DNA of 64,000 bases from Kiritimatiellia bacterium (GCA_024405265.1 JAKSOZ010000001.1:27263-91262); one strand, 5' to 3'; counted from the stretch's first letter, positions 20,361 to 31,479 are shown. The notes: a model not told the origin generated them from the sequence alone. Numbers and translations: made by a program.

Positions 20361-21410
20361 ATGACAAAGCGGCAACATTACGTTCAGCAAGCATACCTAG
20401 AACAATGGTGTGTGGGAGGCCGATTTGCTGTTAGGATCAATGGACGTTTGTTGGAGAATCAGACTCCGTTGAATTATGCGAATGAAAGTTGGTTCTATGC
20501 TTTTGTCGATCTTTCGACTCGTGAGTTGGATTATCTCTTTCGATCATTGATGCAAGTGTTTGATTTTGACAGGCACGAACTTGCGCGGAAGATGTTTGGC
20601 GCGATTTGTTTGAATGTTCTAAGGTTTCGATGCGAGAAATCGGACTACAGTTCGGAATACGATGAGGTTTACAGCAAGATCGTTTCAGGCATCAAATTTG
20701 GCGATGAATGGGAAAAGATGTTTGCTTTTCTAAAGAAAGGCGCACAAAGAAGTGATCTCATAAGCCCGATTGAACTTGCACGATTGAAGGATCAGGCATC
20801 CGAAGGATTTGAGTCGTTTCAGTGTAACATTGAAGAAGTTGCGGCTCCGTATTTCAAGATGGCACGAGCTGGCAGCTTGTCGTTCATGAAGGACAAAGCT
20901 TCGGCGCATGCGTTGATTCTGTATTTGGTCAATCAGGCTTTTCGCGGTCCGGATTATTTGAAGGTGATAGACAAGAACCTGCCTGAAAGTATTCGAGAAG
21001 CAGGAGGGAGCGTGGAACTTGGCAAGTATATGCGGTATTTTCAGCCGATGCTTGTGGCTGCTAAGCTTGCGAGGGAGTCTGAAGAACGCAAAATGATGGT
21101 GATAAACAATGCCACTAATGTAGATTTTATTACCGGAGATGTTCCTTTGGTGATATATGGCGAACGACACTCGAATGTCCCCTGTATTATTTACTATCCT
21201 CTAACACCGCGCAAGGGATTACTTTACGGATTTAGGAGTGCGGTGAATGATTTCAACAAGAAATTTACTTCGACGCTACGTCGCGTTGACAAAGTTGATT
21301 GGTTTAATCGAGAGATCATAGCCTCGAGTATGCGAGCTGTTTTTGCGATGAAAAAAGAGACGCTACAGCATTACGGCACTGATAAGCCGCAGTGTCTGGA
21401 TCACCAATAA
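20361..21410 (+). CDS. DUF4238 domain protein
   Basis: N-terminal KRQHYVQQAYLEQW resembles the HxVPQxYLxxF signature of DUF4238. Confidence 0.55.
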   Translation: MTKRQHYVQQAYLEQWCVGGRFAVRINGRLLENQTPLNYANESWFYAFVDLSTRELDYLFRSLMQVFDFDRHELARKMFGAICLNVLRFRCEKSDYSSEYDEVYSKIVSGIKFGDEWEKMFAFLKKGAQRSDLISPIELARLKDQASEGFESFQCNIEEVAAPYFKMARAGSLSFMKDKASAHALILYLVNQAFRGPDYLKVIDKNLPESIREAGGSVELGKYMRYFQPMLVAAKLARESEERKMMVINNATNVDFITGDVPLVIYGERHSNVPCIIYYPLTPRKGLLYGFRSAVNDFNKKFTSTLRRVDKVDWFNREIIASSMRAVFAMKKETLQHYGTDKPQCLDHQ

Positions 21411-21844
21411 GAGGGATTGAATATGGAACGAAAGCATTATTACACTGACGAGCGGAATACGCAGATTGTTATTGCGTTGCTGAAGACGTATGGGATATTT
21501 CGGTTTGGTCGGAGAGAGGGGTATTCTAGGTGACCGCAAACAAGCGCATATTCTTTAACATCATTGCCACATACGGCCGATTGCGGCCTTCGGCTATTTC
21601 CGCTTCGCTCCAATCCGGGTATGCGTTGGTGATTTTTGCGGCAGGAATAAAAAGATTGCCGCATCTATTCAAATTTTGGCAAATCTGATATAATATTGCG
21701 TAGAAAATGAGTAAGACGATTACTATCGATCGCCATTGGACGCGGTGTAGATTTGCGCACCTCGTAGCGAGAGCTTTGCGCGCGGCGAACATCAACTCTA
21801 CACCTACGCCTTATTTCTACACCTAATTTACGGAGTAAATTCTT

Positions 21845-22600
21845 ATGATCAAAGTCGGTATTATCGGTTGTGGATTTGTCGGGGGCGCGCTGAAGGCGTG
21901 GCTCGAAGAGAATAACAAGGACGCGGTCATTCGCGTCAGCGATCCGCCGAAGGGGTTCAATGACGACCTCTCGGACATTGACATCGCGTTCTTGCAGATT
22001 CACGTGCCGACCGAGGACGACGGTACTCAGGATTTGACGCTCATGAAGGAACTGATTCGCAAGCTGCCGAACGTTCCGGTCTTCGTCCGTACGACGATTC
22101 TCCCGGGCACCTCGGACCTCCTCTCGCGCGAGACGGGTCATCAGGTCTGCTACATGCCGGAGTTCTTGACCGAGCGCACACACATCGAGGACTTCAAAAA
22201 GCAGACGATGGTCTTTACCGGCGCTGTCGATCTTCTGATCAAGGTCTTCCCGTCGAAGAAGTTTACGGTCATGTCCCCGCTTGAGGCCGAGATCACGAAG
22301 TATTCCCACAACGTCTTCGGCGCGTACAAGGTGACATACTTCAACGCCGTACGCGAGTACTGTGAGAAGATGGGCGCGGACTGGGCAAAGGTCCACACGG
22401 GCTGCCTCCTCTCCGGCTACATTAACGACACCCACACCTACGTCCCCGGTCCGGACGGCAAGTTCGGTTATGGCGGCAAGTGCTTCCCGAAGGACGTCAA
22501 CGCCTTTGCGAAGCTCACCGAAGACTGCTCGCTCGGTAAGCTCCTCGCTCCGCTCCATGACCTCAACGTCCACTTCCGTGGATTTGAAGAGCATATATAA
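21845..22600 (+). CDS. short UDP-glucose/GDP-mannose dehydrogenase-family protein
   Basis: N-terminal GIIGCGFVGG Rossmann motif and catalytic GGKCFPKD motif; only about 251 aa. Confidence 0.55.
   Translation: MIKVGIIGCGFVGGALKAWLEENNKDAVIRVSDPPKGFNDDLSDIDIAFLQIHVPTEDDGTQDLTLMKELIRKLPNVPVFVRTTILPGTSDLLSRETGHQVCYMPEFLTERTHIEDFKKQTMVFTGAVDLLIKVFPSKKFTVMSPLEAEITKYSHNVFGAYKVTYFNAVREYCEKMGADWAKVHTGCLLSGYINDTHTYVPGPDGKFGYGGKCFPKDVNAFAKLTEDCSLGKLLAPLHDLNVHFRGFEEHI
22541..22600 (+). repeat. direct repeat A (3' end of dehydrogenase gene), repeated at 25075-25133
   Basis: CTCCTCGC(T/C)CCGCT(C/T)CA(T/C)GA(C/A)CTCAACGTCCACTTCCGTGGATTTGA(A/G)GAGCATAT present twice. Confidence 0.8.
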
Positions 22601-22616
22601 AATTGGATTGAGAAGT

Positions 22617-24689
22617 ATGGGATCAAACGATAGCATTGTCTTAGATGGGATTCTCTCTGATCGACAAAATGCCGAAGGTTTGCCGACTGGTGAAGTTTTT
22701 GAAAAGTTCGCATTTGAGCAGATTCTTAAAGAATAGGCATTAACGGCAAATCAACTTGATCAAGGTTGGGTTGATGGCGGCGGTGATGGTGGAATTGATG
22801 GTTTTTATGTCATTATTAATGGTTATGTGTATGGGGGAGATGCTGGTTTTCAATGGCCGCGTGAGAATCCTCATATTTCAGTATGGATTTTGATATGTAA
22901 GCATAGAGAAGGTTTTATAGAGTCTCCTCTGGCGTCAATGTATATGACGCTAAGTGAGTTCTTTGATTGCACAAAATCGAATCAAGAGTTGCACGGCGAT
23001 TATTCAGAAGATTTATTAGAGGCAAGGACGATCTTTCTTCAAGCATATAATACGTTGGCTAGGCTAGATCCTTTGATTGATGTTCGCTTTGCCTATGCTA
23101 GCCGTGGTGATGCAACTAATGTCTCTGATGCCGTGGCTGGAAGAATGCAGCAACTCGAGTCTTTGGTGAGTGAGAAATTCAGCAAGGCTACTGTTTGTAG
23201 TAGTTTTGTCGGAGCGAAGGAATTACTACAGTTGTATCGGAAAGTTAGAGATGATGATTTTGTGTTGCCGTTTGTGTCGTCTTTGACGCATGATGAGAAT
23301 AATTACGTTGTAATTGCGACTCTTCGTGATTATTATAATTTTGTAAAAGATGACGAAGGCAAGTTAAGACGTTATCTATTTGACTCTAATGTTCGAGATT
23401 TCTTGGGATACAATAATGTAAATGGAGATATTGATTACACTCTAAAGAATCCCAGTGTAGCGAATTTTTGGTGGTTAAATAATGGAATCACAATTTTGGC
23501 AAATAATGCCCATGTCACAGGGCATAGCCTTCATTTGAGAACTGTTCAAATTGTCAATGGACTTCAGACAACAGAAACCTTATATCGGCACTTTGCGGGA
23601 GGAAATGTTGAGTCGTTAGACAAGAACATTCTCATAAAAATCCTTACATCGCAGGATGTTGATGTTAGGACAAATATCATTCAGGCGACTAATAACCAGA
23701 GTAACGTAATGAGTTATTCTTTGCATGCTACGGATGATGTTCAACGTAATATAGAAGATGTGTTGCGCCGCGAGAATTTCTATTATGAACGACGCGATCA
23801 TTATTATAAAAACGAGGGGATGCCTGAAGATCGCTCGATAACTCCTCTTGAATTGGCGAAGTGTTTCCTTGCTGTCGTATACTTAAATCCTGCAATAGCA
23901 TCGAAGCTGAAGAATAAATTTATGCGCAATTCGCTGTCGTACAATGCAGTCTTCAACTCTGATTTCCCTATTGATAAGTGGCCTTTTCTGGCGGCACTGT
24001 GGCTTGATGCGGGGAAAGTCTTTCGACAGGTCTACCTCAAAAAATTTGGTGATATATTGCATCCTTGGCGGCCTTTGGTGGCGTATTGTGTTGTAGCGAG
24101 AATGTTTGGTAAGCTTAATTTCTCGCTAAAAAATATTGTGACTCTCAAATTAAAGGATCTGCGCGCAGATTTGATTAGTGAGGTGTGGGAGTTTGTTGCG
24201 CCGTTTATGACAAAGTTCGAGGCATCGTCAAGGAATAAACTTAAGAAGCCACATCAAGTATATAACGTTGTCATTAAAGAGTTCGCTATGAAATATAACT
24301 TGAACGGTGTGGAGGCAGTAAATAGACGGATTCTCCAAAGGGTTGATCAATTGCCAACTCAAGGCGTTGAATTGACTGAAGATTTTATAGAGCGGGTTCG
24401 TTTGCTTTTGCCTGCTCAACCATGGAAACCTGGGATGTATCGGGATTTGTGTGCAAGATTGCAGGTTCGGCCGTCTTGCGTTTATGAAGCAATAGATGTG
24501 CTAATTGATCGCGGTATCGTACATGAGCAGAAGAATGGTGTCGTGTATGATGAAGCCGGGAATGTATTAATGGTGGATCCAACAAGGTGTAGGTTTACTG
24601 TCGCGGAGTTGAATGCGGATATTGCAAGAAGGGGGCGAGAGCATTCTTCGATTATGAAGCCTTTGCGTAAAGAGCCTCTTGTAAAATGA
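22617..24689 (+). pseudogene. AIPR (abortive-infection phage-resistance) family protein interrupted by in-frame TAG at 22734-22736
   Basis: N-terminal VDGGGDGGIDGFY and central NFWWLNNGITI...QIVNGLQTT AIPR signatures; the ORF before the TAG (FEKFAFEQILKE*) is in the same frame. Confidence 0.6.
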
Positions 24690-24928
24690 ACCAAAACAAG
24701 CGCATATTCCAAAGCGAGATAGCGACCTGTGCCAGACCGTTGTTTGCGGTTGTATACGGCGGTTAACATGAATATGACCCTTACACTTTACATTCGGTCG
24801 TGGAGGGACTTCGCTAAGGTTGTGAAGCTCCTTTCGGGCGAGGATTGGATGTTTCGGGGGCAGCGCGATAGTAATCGCCTCTTGCGGATAGGTTTAAACT
24901 AGACACTAATGTTGCTGAATTTGGTATA

Positions 24929-25133
24929 ATATATTGGGTGTAAGATGAATGTGAGAACGAGACAGAATCGACGTGGTTGTGGAGTATCGCGAGTACTCGA
25001 CGGAGAAAGGGCTTGGTTTCAATCGTCCAATCCTATGCACGCATCTTATGCATCGAGGCCTGTCCCCCTTGAACTCCTCGCCCCGCTTCACGAACTCAAC
25101 GTCCACTTCCGTGGATTTGAGGAGCATATTTGA
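24929..25133 (+). promoter_or_regulatory. leader copy 2 fused to duplicate of dehydrogenase 3' end (chimeric junction)
   Basis: 24914-25075 homologous to 20181-20330; 25075-25133 homologous to 22541-22600. Confidence 0.5.
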
Positions 25134-26465
25134 TGTCTGCAAAGTTCGTATCATTGGGGGATGTTGATGCGGCATCCAAACCGTCCTTATGGTCTCCAGA
25201 GGATGACGAGGTACGCGTTAAATTATCTAGCACGATGGTTAGCTTTGTGTCGGCTCAGACAATGCCGCTTACGATTGGCTTGGATGGAGTATGGGGTAGT
25301 GGCAAAACCTATTTCTTGCGTCGGTTTGAGACTGACTATGCGAATTCGGCTGGTTCTGGGGCATGCATTTATCTAAACGCGTGGGAGCGGGATTTTCTCC
25401 ACGATCCTTTACTATATCTTTTCTACGGGTTAGATGAATTCGTTACGCGAAATCCAGACTATGCCTCGATTGATGACTTTAGTTGGGATGTGTGCAAGAA
25501 GAATCTTGTGGCTATTGCGAAGGGTAGCTTATCGGCCGTATTGCACGTTGCAACTAATGGCGCATCAGACAAAGTTATGGAAGGGATTGATGCGTGCTCA
25601 AATTCGATAGACAAACATCCGCTTAGCTTGTATCGCGAACAAACGCATTCAGTCGATACAATTAAAGGGTACCTAACAAAACTTGGTAATAAGGTACGTG
25701 AATCAACTGAACATAGTCTTTGTTCTTGGCCTAGATTTTGTTCAACTTGGGAAATCAATTCAGTCATTGTACGGGGAGATTGATACCGGGAATTATCTTC
25801 ATCGAATGATACAGTATCGATTCTCTCTGAGTGCTCTTCCGATTGACATGTTTGTCAGGACGATAGCAGAGCGAGATGCGATAAACACGCTTGTTTGGAA
25901 GTCGAAACCTAGATATCCTAATGAGCCGACATCAAATGATACTTTGGCGTTCAAGGTGTTCTGCTGGTTTGCCAAATTCTACGGGATATCTCTTCGTCAG
26001 ATTGAGCGGGCTATCGGGTTTTATCGAATGTCTGTAGTGTCTCCTCATCAATCCTCTTTGGCGATGGCGGTTTTTGCTATGACAAGTGTTTTGAAGGTAC
26101 ATGGGAATGGACTTGATAAGTTGCTGGTCGATGTTTCTGCAGAGGAATCTATAGTAGCCGATATACTTGACGAAAAAGGTTCTTCGAATAAACAAGATAG
26201 CAGTTGCATAAGGGAATTCCTGACTTATCTGATTAAAGCCTCCCGATGCACCGGCAGTGAGTCGGCAGAAAGGTTATATGGGGAATATCGTTCGCGCTAT
26301 CAGTTGTCTAAAGCGCGGCAGCCTGTCGATGATGCCTTTGGTCCGATGACCGTAGAGCTTTTGCTTAGGGCGTTTTATGCAGAGTTTGATAATGAATACA
26401 TTGATTTTGGAGATTCTCTCGTTAATATTGCAACGAGATGCATAAATTTGCAATGTGTCGTGTGA
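25133..26465 (+). pseudogene. KAP-family P-loop NTPase with frameshift near 25690-25715
   Basis: Walker A GLDGVWGSGKTYFL; ORFs 25130..25783 and 25683..26465 overlap by 100 nt in different frames. Confidence 0.5.
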
Positions 26466-26546
26466 TTATATAGGCTTCTCGAATACAATGGAGAAACCTT
26501 GCTGCGCGGTGTGATCATCTCTCCGACCGTAAGAGCGGCGGAATCA

Positions 26547-26598
26547 AACTTTCTTCCTTTCCATTCTTGCCGCAGAAGCGGGAAATATGGTATAATAT
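26547..26598 (+). promoter_or_regulatory. portable promoter module copy 2 (palindrome variant TTGCCGCAGAAGCGGGAA)
   Basis: aligned by eye with 12144-12193. Confidence 0.55.
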
Positions 26599-26620
26599 CT
26601 ATGTAGAAACGAGGTGCGAA

Positions 26621-27025
26621 ATGGAAGAAAGAAAACTGTATAACGAATGCGCTAATTGCTGGTGCTTCAAGAATAAACGGTGTGATGGCCGCTACCATAA
26701 TGTCGAGGAAATCAAGGCTGAAGATGGCTCGATCATTGAGTCGAGTTCTTTCTCGCTTGGCGATATGAATTGTGAGTGGCCTGGTGACGGGGAATGCGCG
26801 AAGCGTCTTGTTACGGTTGAAGATGGGTGTATCTATCTCAACTATGCCGACCAATATCCGATTCGCATGCTTTCCACTTTCACTAAGAACGAGATGGCTG
26901 AGTTTATGGTTCATCTTACGGGGAAGACCTGGTACTCGATCTTTCTTCAGCGTGTGTTTGTGCGCCGTGTGTTTGAATTAAAGGGTTGGTCGCCAACGAT
27001 TGAGCTTGACATTTCGCGAATGTGA
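26621..27025 (+). CDS. Cys-rich hypothetical protein
   Basis: 134 aa, CxxC pairs near N-terminus; GAGG 9 nt upstream of ATG. Confidence 0.45.
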   Translation: MEERKLYNECANCWCFKNKRCDGRYHNVEEIKAEDGSIIESSSFSLGDMNCEWPGDGECAKRLVTVEDGCIYLNYADQYPIRMLSTFTKNEMAEFMVHLTGKTWYSIFLQRVFVRRVFELKGWSPTIELDISRM

Positions 27026-27134
27026 GCAGAAACGCATGGACGGAGACTAGGAGGATTTGTATCATTTGCGAGATCCCTCGCACTGGGGTCTATCGCTTAC
27101 GAATTCTATTTTTGATGCTGAGGTGTAGCAGTGG

Positions 27135-28844
27135 ATGAGCCGAAGAAAACTATCAAAGAATAAGCAGGCGGCTATTGATAAACGTTTGCTTAACGGGGCT
27201 CGGGGCAAGCTTGTGTCTTGCCTTGCACGCATTTTGCCGCAAGCAGAGAAGCTTCTGAAAAAGCCAATTAAGGAGACGCCTATTCATGACGTTTGGCTTG
27301 AACGAGAGGCGAACGAGAAGTCAACACTCGCAACGCTGCATGAAGCGTTAAGGCGTAAGCCCGTCATACAACCGCCGAAATGGGGCTTTAATCTTCAGAA
27401 GGTTGCATTGCCGGATAAAGGGGTTGTGAAGAGGTCGTATTTCTCAGGTTTGAAATGGCCGATTCTAGAACAGGCATCTGAACACGTTATTCACCTGAAA
27501 TCTGGATCGATTGGAGTGCTGGTGGTTGATCTTCGAGCAGAATCATCAGATTACCAGAGGTATACATTTGTGCGACTCACGGAAAAGAAGTCGACTTTGA
27601 TGTTGATACCAGAAGGTTGTGCATTTGCCTATTATGGACTTGCCCGATTCTCAAAGATTGAGCTCCGTGGTCGTAGTAAGGGAGAATTTCAGTTTCTAAA
27701 GGCTCTTGATGTCCTTGATCCTTCCCTAGGGATTGATCGAATAGACGGGGTGCCTACGAAAGTGTTGAATGATAATCGAAAGAGTTTCGCAAGATTCGAG
27801 ACGTTGACGCCTTGGGACTCGCGAATCAGCCATCGGGTGCTGACGCGCGGCGAACGAATGATTATTAACGCGATGGATGTCGCGAGTGATCGCGAGTATC
27901 AGATTAAACCCAAGGGGGTTGAATTTGTTTTTGATGAGTCTTGCGACCGTGGAGTGTTGCATGTTCGTGAGTATTCGGCTTTTATTCAAGTCCTCGGTAA
28001 GTTGAAATATTTATTTGCTGGCGCTGATAAGGCGCGCGGTGCAAGAATGGGAATCGCTTTCCGAGGGCAGGTTATGGGATATGGAGATCATATGATACCA
28101 TCTCTGTATCGGGGCGTTAAGACAGATAAAGAACGGAAGCGGCGTGAAAGCCATCTTTCGGAGAAGATCAAACGAGCGGTGGGGTATTTTGACCAGCTCA
28201 AGAAGTTGGATGATAGCGTTGTCGAGGCGTTGTTTCAGCAGTATGGGGTTGATACGAGTTGGATTGATGCTGTTGATAATGTGTGGATCGCTCTTTGGTT
28301 TGCTTGCCATCGAGCGGAATGTTGTCTTCAGGGGCGCTCGGTTCATTACGTGCGCCGCGATCCAAACAAAGAGTGTCCAAACGTTAGATATGCGTATATT
28401 GTGGTGTTTGGATACCCAGATTCGGTGTTGTCAGGAACCCGTAAATCTAGGCTCGGCCCTGGTCATGTTTTGAAAGACGGAGTTGAGTATATAGATCTCC
28501 GTCTGGCGGTGCCGTCTCAATTTGTACGTCCCCATGCGCAGCACGGGCTTATGCTAAGGCAATATTCGGATAAAAGGGAGCCGAAAACTGATTACCGAGA
28601 GTTGGTGCAGGCAATCATTCGTATTGATTTAGTGGATGCTCTTCGATGGTTGGGGTCCGGTGAGGCCGTTTCATTTGGGGCTTTGTTTCCACCGCCAGTA
28701 CACGACGCTGGTTTCCAAGGACTTCTTCGGATGGAGGATAGGACAAAGCTTAAGCACTCCGATATGTATTCCGAACTTAAGGTAAAAGAAGCTGGTGGGG
28801 AACATGAGTATAAGTCATTAAGTTTTCAGAGGTTTGATATATAG
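27135..28844 (+). CDS. FRG-domain protein
   Basis: FRGQ...IPSLYR signature about residue 300; 569 aa. Confidence 0.55.
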   Translation: MSRRKLSKNKQAAIDKRLLNGARGKLVSCLARILPQAEKLLKKPIKETPIHDVWLEREANEKSTLATLHEALRRKPVIQPPKWGFNLQKVALPDKGVVKRSYFSGLKWPILEQASEHVIHLKSGSIGVLVVDLRAESSDYQRYTFVRLTEKKSTLMLIPEGCAFAYYGLARFSKIELRGRSKGEFQFLKALDVLDPSLGIDRIDGVPTKVLNDNRKSFARFETLTPWDSRISHRVLTRGERMIINAMDVASDREYQIKPKGVEFVFDESCDRGVLHVREYSAFIQVLGKLKYLFAGADKARGARMGIAFRGQVMGYGDHMIPSLYRGVKTDKERKRRESHLSEKIKRAVGYFDQLKKLDDSVVEALFQQYGVDTSWIDAVDNVWIALWFACHRAECCLQGRSVHYVRRDPNKECPNVRYAYIVVFGYPDSVLSGTRKSRLGPGHVLKDGVEYIDLRLAVPSQFVRPHAQHGLMLRQYSDKREPKTDYRELVQAIIRIDLVDALRWLGSGEAVSFGALFPPPVHDAGFQGLLRMEDRTKLKHSDMYSELKVKEAGGEHEYKSLSFQRFDI

Positions 28845-28876
28845 GAGTAGCTTCGGCGCAGTTCAATGTATAGCTT

Positions 28877-30217
28877 ATGAGACGCAAAGATTTATTTTCA
28901 TTTGGCAATACGCCGGCGGAGCGCTCGGCGGCGCGGTTGTTGTTTTTGATAGGTCTAGGCTCGTCTACTCAGATTAACATCGGTGGGTATACGGCGATTT
29001 CGGAACTGCTGCTTGTTCTCTATATGCCGATTGCGATGGCGAAGAATTGGGGGCTGTTTAGGCGCGATCGGTGCACGGCAATTTTGTGGTTGCTTATCAT
29101 CTGGGGCTTAGGGCAGTTGGCAACGGATTTGTCGATTGGAAATTATTTTGCGTTCATGATTCGCGGATTGATCCCTCCTGTAGGCATCTTTGCTGCATTG
29201 ATTACAGTATATCCTTTGCTCAAGCGTAACCCAGATGGGCTCAAATGGATCCTTCTGGGGACGGCTATCTCAGGTGTTGTCTCTATCTTTGTCTTTCAGC
29301 ATGGTTCAGATATTGACACCGCAGAGGTGCGGTCAGGTGCGATGTCTGTATCAGAAGCTGTTATGGGGTATAAGTTATTCTGGGTTGGAAAGTTGAATGA
29401 GTGGCTCGCGCTACCAGTTAAAGGCTGGTATATGCATATGCCGCATGGGGGGAATGTTGTAATTGCAGCGTTTCTTGCAGTATTCGGTCTTGCTTCTGGA
29501 GGGCGATCCGCATTTCTTGTTTGTATGGTATCAACGTTGCTGTTGATGTTTGGAGGAAAGTCGAGTCGCAAAATGAGGTGGCTTAAGAAGAGTTGGCCGA
29601 TTCTGGTTGGACTTTTGATAGTATTAATTCCAATAGTTAAATTTACCTATCAATTTGCGGCTAGTAGTGGATGGATGGGGGAGGAAGAATTAGCAAAGTA
29701 TGAGGAACAATCAAAAGGTAAGAGTGGCTTAGAGACACTGATGGCAGGCAGGGCTGAGTTTTTTATCGCGCTTTCTGCTATTAAAGACAAACCATTGTTT
29801 GGACATGGGTCGCATGCTCTGGATACAGCTGGATATAAGCTAAATTTTTTCATTAAGTATGGCGCGGACGAAGAAACTTTGAAGAGAATTCAAGGAGTAG
29901 AAAAGATCTCAGGAGTTCGTACAATTCCAGCTCATTCGCATATTGCCGAGTTTTGGATGTGGGCGGGAATTCCTGGCCTTCTGCCATGGATATATATCCT
30001 CGTATTGCTGGGAAAGACTTTATTTAAAAGAATGCATATTTATCCGCCTTATTATGGATATTTCGCCCTAATCATCCCGTCGATGTTTTGGCATATCTTC
30101 TTCTCGCCGTTCGGTAGCCGCATTAATATGGCCGTGATGATTGCTGCTTGTTTGGTCGTGCAGACCATGGAGCGAGAGCAGAGACGGACGAACGGATTTA
30201 TAGCAAAGGCATGGTAA
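28877..30217 (+). CDS. O-antigen ligase/polymerase-like (Wzy/WaaL family) integral membrane protein
   Basis: about 10 TM helices with large periplasmic loop near C-terminus; context in a glycan cluster. Confidence 0.5.
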   Translation: MRRKDLFSFGNTPAERSAARLLFLIGLGSSTQINIGGYTAISELLLVLYMPIAMAKNWGLFRRDRCTAILWLLIIWGLGQLATDLSIGNYFAFMIRGLIPPVGIFAALITVYPLLKRNPDGLKWILLGTAISGVVSIFVFQHGSDIDTAEVRSGAMSVSEAVMGYKLFWVGKLNEWLALPVKGWYMHMPHGGNVVIAAFLAVFGLASGGRSAFLVCMVSTLLLMFGGKSSRKMRWLKKSWPILVGLLIVLIPIVKFTYQFAASSGWMGEEELAKYEEQSKGKSGLETLMAGRAEFFIALSAIKDKPLFGHGSHALDTAGYKLNFFIKYGADEETLKRIQGVEKISGVRTIPAHSHIAEFWMWAGIPGLLPWIYILVLLGKTLFKRMHIYPPYYGYFALIIPSMFWHIFFSPFGSRINMAVMIAACLVVQTMEREQRRTNGFIAKAW

Positions 30218-30221
30218 GATA

Positions 30222-31457
30222 ATGAAAGTCATTCTTTCAACAGGACATGGGCGACTTCATCTTGTGCAATCAGCAACTTGGTTGCGTAAGTTGGGGTTGA
30301 ATGTTAGAGTTTTAACGGGATGGATTCCGAAACATCCGGATGGATTACTAGTTAAGTTGGCCTCGAAAATTGTTCGTCGCGATTTAACTTCCGGGATGAA
30401 GAAGCGCCTTGTTCCCGAACTTGAAGGATGTGTTAGGACATGTCCTTTAGCGGAGTCTCTTGACACTCTTTTGCGAGTAGCATGTCGAATCTTAAAGATA
30501 TCTACCCATCGAGTGTCTTCGATAGGCTGGACAATCTTCGGCCTTGCGAGTCGCAAGTATCTAAAGGATGCAGACATCTTTCATTGCCGTTCAGGTGCAG
30601 GACAGGGTGGTGCGATTAAACTCGCACGGAACCGTGGGATGAAGATTTTGGTTGATCACAGTTGCCTTCATCCGGCTAAATGCGAGGAGAATCTCAAGGA
30701 TGACTACGCGCGTTGGGGGCAGGAGATTGTCATTGCTCCCGGTCGAGGCGTTTGGAAGAACGTACTTAAAGATTGCGAAGATGCTGATATGATTATGGTC
30801 AATGCGAATCATATTCGTGATTCGTTTGTTGAGCAGGGGTACGCGCCGGAGAAGGTTAGAGTTGTTTATTTGGGTGTACGGGAAGATTTTCAGGGCGTGA
30901 AGAAGAACTACGCGAGCCATGGAACTTTTAGGGTTCTTTTTACAGGTGGATTTATTATTCTTAAAGGCGCGGAGTATCTTCTCGAGTCGCTTAAGATATT
31001 GAAAGAACGTGGGGTTGATGTTGCGTATGATGTGATCGGCTCGGTCGGTGCTCCAAAAGCATTGCTCGAAAAGTATAGCAATCTTCCGTTTAAATTTTAT
31101 GGTGTTTTACCGCAAGATAATTTGAAGTCTCATCTCGCAAATGCGGATGCGTATCTCTTCCCTTCACTTGCCGATGGTTGCGCACAAAGCGGAATGGAAG
31201 CATTAACGGCGGGTCTTCCGGTTGTGGCGACTTATCAAAGCGGGCTTCCGATAACGGATGGTGAGAATGGATGTGTGGTGCCGATGAAGGATGCCATGGC
31301 AATTGCCGATAAAATCGAGTGGTTGATTGCACATCCAGAAGAGCGAGAGAGGTTGGGTAAGTCTGCTGCAAAGATGATGAGAGAAAAATATACATGGCGG
31401 CATTATGCGGAGAATGTTCGAGACCTCTACGAGGAACTTGTAGAGAGTGGGAGTTGA
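30222..31457 (+). CDS. glycosyltransferase family 4 (GT-B, group 1)
   Basis: C-terminal pattern FPSLADGCAQSGMEALTAGLPVV typical of GT4 (ExxxxxxE variant). Confidence 0.65.
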   Translation: MKVILSTGHGRLHLVQSATWLRKLGLNVRVLTGWIPKHPDGLLVKLASKIVRRDLTSGMKKRLVPELEGCVRTCPLAESLDTLLRVACRILKISTHRVSSIGWTIFGLASRKYLKDADIFHCRSGAGQGGAIKLARNRGMKILVDHSCLHPAKCEENLKDDYARWGQEIVIAPGRGVWKNVLKDCEDADMIMVNANHIRDSFVEQGYAPEKVRVVYLGVREDFQGVKKNYASHGTFRVLFTGGFIILKGAEYLLESLKILKERGVDVAYDVIGSVGAPKALLEKYSNLPFKFYGVLPQDNLKSHLANADAYLFPSLADGCAQSGMEALTAGLPVVATYQSGLPITDGENGCVVPMKDAMAIADKIEWLIAHPEERERLGKSAAKMMREKYTWRHYAENVRDLYEELVESGS

Positions 31458-31479
31458 AAGTTGGAGTGGGAGAATGGTG

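Noticed and set aside
21665-22636. 323-aa ORF antisense to the dehydrogenase-like gene
   Set aside because: Fully overlaps a gene with clear Rossmann and catalytic-Cys motifs. It is an antisense artefact.
22362-22736. 124-aa ORF overlapping end of dehydrogenase gene
   Set aside because: Its last 40 codons are the true in-frame N-terminus of the AIPR gene. The upstream part is out-of-frame overlap with the dehydrogenase gene.
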